This document shows, one piece after another, positions 6,938 through 9,510 of a stretch of 9,510 nucleotides of DNA (positions are counted from its first letter, which is position 1; every line of letters starts with the position of its first letter). A program made the translations under genes and the position numbers. The notes beneath the pieces are model-generated. The model made no database searches. It was not told the origin of the DNA and worked only from the letters and a program-made list of their open reading frames with translations. This DNA comes from an uncultured archaeon (GTDB lineage Archaea; Aenigmatarchaeota; Aenigmatarchaeia; CAYQNF01), in contig CAYQNF010000028.1 of NCBI GenBank assembly GCA_964418905.1, positions 1 to 9,510 on the forward strand, given 5' to 3'.

Positions 6938-7800
6938 TATTCCTCTACCTCCTTCGTACTATGAGCCCTTCCCTGATCTATGGCTAACTCATAAGTTTCG
7001 CAAATCTTATCGGTTTCCTCTTTCGGCTCGTCAAATTCTACAATTATACAATCGCCGGGAGGAACAGTTGAAAATGGTGACATAACATAATTCTCATCCA
7101 CTTTTATTTGTTCATATACGAGACCTTCTCTCTGCCCAGGCTCTGCGTAAAGAGTTCTATATACAAATATTTGAACCTCTCCGTCCTTTCCATTACACGA
7201 CTCTCCATTACTTGTGGACACGGTTCCATCATCTGTCGGAACTTTCATACTGGTAGATGTAAGCTCTCCTCCGACAACGTCAAAGAAGCTGTCAATGTCT
7301 ACTTCGCTCTTTCTCACTACTACTCCTTCTACGTGTATTCGATTATCATTATGCTCATGGAAAACGGGACTTCCTATCCTGTTTGAGAGACCTTTAGGAT
7401 CCTTCAGGTCTATCTCCTCCCCACAATTCCATAACTCAAAATCAGCATGCCAGTGAACAGGTCCTCCTGTCTCTGATTTAATATTAAGATAAATAGTAGA
7501 ACCTACTAAATAGCCAGTTGTAAGAACAATTACTGTTGTTATAGAAACAAACACAATCATTTTAGACGTGTTTGTCCTTTCTGGATAGAATATAGCAAAT
7601 ATTATAAGAAGTAATGTAAGGACTGATCCTATTGTTACATAAAATAAAGATTTGGATGCCTTCTCGTCTGCTTCCAAGGCCCCGTTGTCCGCTTCCAGAG
7701 GTTCATTACTTGCTTCATGGGTTTCTCCCTCATGGGCATAGACTTGTAGGGGTATTACCAAGACCGCTATCAACAATATTATAAGAAATTTTGTCTTCAT
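6937..7800 (-). CDS. Exported/membrane-anchored protein with a histidine-cluster domain (HWH...HEHxDxxIHxEG) and four Cys; function unknown
   Basis: 287 aa, ATG at 7800 preceded by AGAGGATT (SD-like GAGG). It starts with a signal-peptide-like N-terminus MKTKFLIILLIAVLVIPLQVYA/HEGETHEASNEPLEADNGALEADEK. Two TM helices follow, then a soluble domain of about 180 aa: GGPVHWHADFELWNCGEEIDL...IGSPVFHEHNDNRIHVEGVV...IDSFFDVVGG...SCNGKDGEVQIF...PPGDCIIVEF...DKICETY. From memory this resembles an uncharacterised HxH...HTHDxxGxxHxE family often encoded beside Dsb/thioredoxin-type genes. Confidence 0.7.
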   Translation of the reverse strand: MKTKFLIILLIAVLVIPLQVYAHEGETHEASNEPLEADNGALEADEKASKSLFYVTIGSVLTLLLIIFAIFYPERTNTSKMIVFVSITTVIVLTTGYLVGSTIYLNIKSETGGPVHWHADFELWNCGEEIDLKDPKGLSNRIGSPVFHEHNDNRIHVEGVVVRKSEVDIDSFFDVVGGELTSTSMKVPTDDGTVSTSNGESCNGKDGEVQIFVYRTLYAEPGQREGLVYEQIKVDENYVMSPFSTVPPGDCIIVEFDEPKEETDKICETYELAIDQGRAHSTKEVEE

Positions 7801-7840
7801 AATCCTCTATTAAAGATTGTACTTACTGCTTAAATAAATT

Positions 7841-7999
7841 TTAGTTTGACGCTCTTATCAGGGAGATTAAAATCAAGACTATACCAACTGCTACGATAAA
7901 AGAAGACGGATTATGCCTAACAGTGTCTATAATATTCCCGCCACTGTGGGCAAATACAACTTGCGAAAACAAAAATAAGGATAGTATAAAATGTCTCAT
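7841..7999 (-). CDS. Unannotated micro-ORF (52 aa): signal peptide + short His-containing ectodomain + C-terminal TM anchor
   Basis: Below the ORF-track size cut-off. My translation from ATG 7999-7997 to TAA 7843-7841 is MRHFILSLFLFSQVVFAHSGGNIIDTVRHNPSSFIVAVGIVLILISLIRASN. The predicted cleavage context VFA/H mirrors VYA/H of the next gene. It fills an otherwise 244-nt gap in a window where other gaps are 50 nt or less. I found no clean TATA box or SD, so it may not be expressed. Confidence 0.4.
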   Translation of the reverse strand: MRHFILSLFLFSQVVFAHSGGNIIDTVRHNPSSFIVAVGIVLILISLIRASN

Positions 8000-8007
8000 A
8001 AAATCAC

Positions 8008-8044
8008 AAAAATAAAGAAAAAATGAGCGGAGTTACCCGCCGCA
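8008..8044 (-). terminator. Candidate terminator after the DUF4383 gene (short hairpin + oligo-T tracts)
   Basis: Just after the TAA stop the minus strand reads TGCGGCGGGTAACTCCGCTCATTTTTTCTTTATTTTTG. A 5-bp stem GCGGG/UCCGC with loop UAAC is followed by T6 and T5 runs. Oligo-T is the usual archaeal termination signal. Confidence 0.4.
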
Positions 8045-8410
8045 TTAATTCTTTTTCTTTTTAGGTTTTACTCCAAATCCCACTCCGGCCAAAACTAGAC
8101 CGATAGCAAGGTGAAGCAATGTGTCTGCCATATTGACTTCAAGCAGGCTAGCTAGCAAACCTTGAAGACCTGGTATGAAACCTGCTACACCAATTACAAT
8201 GTAGATTACACCAAACCACTTGTTGAAATCTACAGCATATTGTGCCGCCCCGAACCCAATATAAAGCGCTATAAGACCTGTTGCCAGGTGCACAATGTTG
8301 TGCGCAGCGTTTACATCAAATAGTCCAAGGACTGGATCGTTGAAAAATCCAAGGATTCCTACCAGCGTCAATACGACACCAATAACTTGCACTAATAGTT
8401 TATTAGTCAT
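8045..8410 (-). CDS. DUF4383-family small integral membrane protein (121 aa)
   Basis: ATG at 8410, TAA at 8047-8045. It has four TM helices with an internal duplication: GILGFFNDPVLGLFDVNAAHNIVHLATGLIALYIGFG vs GFIPGLQGLLASLLEVNMADTLLHLAIGLVLAGVGFG. The GxxGF...lF.vN..hN.vHl.tG motif is what I remember for DUF4383. It ends in a KPKKKKN tail. Confidence 0.7.
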   Translation of the reverse strand: MTNKLLVQVIGVVLTLVGILGFFNDPVLGLFDVNAAHNIVHLATGLIALYIGFGAAQYAVDFNKWFGVIYIVIGVAGFIPGLQGLLASLLEVNMADTLLHLAIGLVLAGVGFGVKPKKKKN

Positions 8411-8432
8411 ATTAAAAAGTGAGTTTAACTAG

Positions 8433-8442
8433 CTATAAAAAA
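8433..8442 (-). promoter_or_regulatory. Candidate TATA box for the DUF4383 gene
   Basis: The minus strand reads TTTTTTATAG, centred about 27 nt upstream of ATG 8410. The T-run could also terminate the upstream wHTH gene. Confidence 0.4.
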
Positions 8443-8460
8443 GTGATTATTTTTACTTTA

Positions 8461-8745
8461 CTATTCTAAACCGTTAGATTTCAACTCTTCTTCTAGTTTC
8501 TTTAACATCCCTAACACTCTTTCTCCCCTTTCCGTTAGTTTATATCCAGTTACTCTTCTTCCCGTCTTGGATCTGACCTCTGACTCCTTAAAAACCTTAA
8601 TAGCTACCAATTCTTTTAATCGTTTAGAAACTGTGGAAGAACTGAGATTCTTGCCGCCGATTTCTATTTCCGTAAAATCTTGAAATGACTTTGGATCGTC
8701 TTCCACAAACAATATCATCTCAAGGGTTCCTCTTGAAAGCGTCAT
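8461..8745 (-). CDS. Small winged helix-turn-helix transcriptional regulator (94 aa; HxlR/ArsR/MarR-like fold)
   Basis: ATG at 8745. Sequence: GTLEMILFVEDDPKSFQDFTEIEIGGKNLSSSTVSKRLKELVAIKVFKESEVRSKTGRRVTGYKLTERGERVLGMLKKLEE. The layout is HTH (LSSSTVSKRLKEL), then a beta-hairpin wing (RRVTGYKLT), then T-x-x-G. Confidence 0.7.
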   Translation of the reverse strand: MTLSRGTLEMILFVEDDPKSFQDFTEIEIGGKNLSSSTVSKRLKELVAIKVFKESEVRSKTGRRVTGYKLTERGERVLGMLKKLEEELKSNGLE

Positions 8746-8766
8746 ATTCTAGATTAGAGATTTAAC

Positions 8767-8774
8767 GATTATAA
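8767..8774 (-). promoter_or_regulatory. Candidate TATA box for the wHTH gene, abutting the tRNA 3' end
   Basis: The minus strand reads TTTATAAT immediately after the tRNA CCA (8775-8777), centred about 25 nt upstream of ATG 8745. Confidence 0.4.
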
Positions 8775-8849
8775 ATGGTGCCCCCGCCAGGATTCGAACC
8801 CGGGTCACAGCCTCCGCAAGGCCGCATACTATCCGCTATACTACGGGGG
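8775..8849 (-). tRNA. tRNA-Arg (anticodon GCG), 75 nt including a genomically encoded 3' CCA
   Basis: The minus strand reads GCCCCCGTAGTATAGCGGATAGTATGCGGCCTTGCGGAGGCTGTGACCCGGGTTCGAATCCTGGCGGGGGCACCA. Hand-folded cloverleaf: acceptor GCCCCCG/CGGGGGC; D-arm GTAT/GTAT (with G-U pairs) and a loop containing GG; anticodon stem CGGCC/GGCTG with loop TT-GCG-GA; T-arm CCGGG/CCTGG with loop TTCGAAT; discriminator A, then CCA. Confidence 0.9.
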
Positions 8850-8877
8850 CTTAGAATTTATTTAACAATTGGAATGA

Positions 8878-9351
8878 TTAAATAGAAGTCACAGAAACAG
8901 TAGCAAAGCTCTGATTAGAATCCACTATCTTTTCTGCAGTTAATTTAAGTACATCATTTCTTACCATAACAGAGGCTGAGTAATTTCTTGATTCTCCCTC
9001 TTCCAACGTAAACTCTCTACTATCAAAGTGAAGCTTAACGTATTTAATTTCTTTAGTTCCATCCTGATAAAAAGAATAACAGTTTTTACCGACGTCGCTT
9101 CTTGGTGTACAATATTGGGTATATATATTCTCTATCTTTATCTCAAAGCCATTATCTGTTATAATAGTATTTCCTTCCTCCACGGTATAAACACCGTCGC
9201 CATAATAAATCCCGGTTTCATTTTCTGTTTGGTTAAGAGCCCTATTTTCCTCAGTATCGTTAACGCTTAGATAAATGAAAAATCCACTTCCTAGAACTAT
9301 CACAATTAAAATAGATAACAATATCAAACTCTTTACTAAAATTTCATTCAT
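8878..9351 (-). CDS. Hypothetical N-terminally anchored extracytoplasmic protein (157 aa), sequon-rich
   Basis: ATG at 9351. One N-terminal TM (ILVKSLILLSILIVIVLGSGFFIYL) is followed by a beta-rich-looking domain. There are five N-x-S/T sequons (NDT, NQT, NET, NYS, NQS), three of them within 15 residues just outside the membrane, and two Cys (YTQYCTPRSDVGKNCYSF). Confidence 0.6.
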   Translation of the reverse strand: MNEILVKSLILLSILIVIVLGSGFFIYLSVNDTEENRALNQTENETGIYYGDGVYTVEEGNTIITDNGFEIKIENIYTQYCTPRSDVGKNCYSFYQDGTKEIKYVKLHFDSREFTLEEGESRNYSASVMVRNDVLKLTAEKIVDSNQSFATVSVTSI

Positions 9352-9372
9352 AAATTAAAAAACAGATATTAT

Positions 9373-9380
9373 TTTATAAA
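9373..9380 (-). promoter_or_regulatory. Candidate TATA box for the 9351 gene
   Basis: The minus strand reads TTTATAAA, centred about 25-26 nt upstream of ATG 9351. Confidence 0.4.
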
Positions 9381-9400
9381 CATTTCTCATTGTAGAAACA

Positions 9401-9407
9401 TTTATAT
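9401..9407 (+). promoter_or_regulatory. Candidate TATA box (with purine-rich BRE-like GAAACA upstream) for the Zn-ribbon gene
   Basis: The plus strand reads gaaacaTTTATAT, centred about 29 nt upstream of ATG 9433. The spacing suggests a leaderless or very short-leader mRNA. Confidence 0.4.
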
Positions 9408-9432
9408 GCGTTCTCACATAAGAAAAGTTGTT

Positions 9433-9510
9433 ATGTCAGAGACAAAATCAGATTTAAAATGCAATAGCTGTGGAAAAAATGTAATTAGCGAAAAAACTTT
9501 CGTTAAATTC
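9433..9510 (+). CDS. Partial (first 26 aa) small Zn-ribbon protein; runs off the right edge
   Basis: My translation from ATG 9433 is MSETKSDLKCNSCGKNVISEKTFVKF... It shows a CxxC knuckle followed by a spacer ending in F-x-F, resembling the start of archaeal multi-knuckle Zn-ribbon proteins (COG2888-like). The second knuckle is outside the window, so this is tentative. Confidence 0.4.
   Translation, partial: MSETKSDLKCNSCGKNVISEKTFVKF

Noticed and set aside
7660-7700. Short nucleotide/peptide repeat (LEAD...LEAD; cgcttcca / tgcttccaa) as a possible tandem repeat or slippage tract
   Set aside because: There are only two imperfect copies within a coding region, consistent with an acidic low-complexity linker rather than a functional DNA repeat.
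8024-8044. Possible att-like repeat of the tRNA-Arg 3' end (cccgcc shared between 8036-8043 and 8781-8786), which would mark an integrated element spanning the wHTH and DUF4383 genes
   Set aside because: Only about 6 nt are shared, far too short to be meaningful. There is no integrase or recombinase in the window, and the GC-rich segment is better explained as a terminator hairpin.
8461-8745. wHTH gene as the antitoxin of a toxin-antitoxin pair with the neighbouring small gene
   Set aside because: The neighbour is a four-TM DUF4383 membrane protein with its own promoter-like box 50 nt away. It has no toxin-like fold or motif and none of the overlap typical of TA operons.
1-9510. Scan for CRISPR arrays, IS elements, inverted terminal repeats and known defence genes
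   Set aside because: I saw no regularly spaced repeats, no transposase, integrase or nuclease-like ORFs, and no long inverted or direct repeats by eye. An exhaustive repeat search would need software.

Overview
AT-rich, very gene-dense 9.5 kb chromosomal segment with about 18 protein genes and one tRNA; all but two genes are on the minus strand. It reads as archaeal: an archaeal/eukaryal-type peptidyl-tRNA hydrolase (Pth2), a tRNA-Arg with anticodon GCG, and TTTATA-like boxes about 25-29 nt upstream of several ATGs, which suggests leaderless mRNAs. The exact lineage cannot be determined from the sequence alone. There are four blocks. (1) 1-3402: a surface-glycan block with an N-terminally anchored orphan protein, two tandem divergent Wzy-like polymerase paralogs and a truncated Wzx-like flippase, all translationally coupled. 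(2) 3444-5701: small genes for a DUF3566-like membrane protein, pth2 and an IMPase-family phosphatase, plus a divergently transcribed PHP-domain phosphoesterase. (3) 5698-7999: the most unusual part, a tightly packed minus-strand module. It holds an unannotated 52-aa signal-peptide micro-ORF, an exported His-cluster/4-Cys protein, a CcdA/DsbD-like thiol-disulfide membrane transporter, a stand-alone ATP-cone protein and a small membrane protein. I read this as a candidate uncharacterised extracytoplasmic redox/metal module, possibly nucleotide-sensing. (4) 8045-9510: a DUF4383 membrane protein, a small winged-HTH regulator, tRNA-Arg(GCG), a sequon-rich anchored protein and the start of a Zn-ribbon protein. 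I saw no CRISPR array, transposase, integrase, long repeat or recognisable defence system. All family assignments come from motif recognition by eye; no database search was run.
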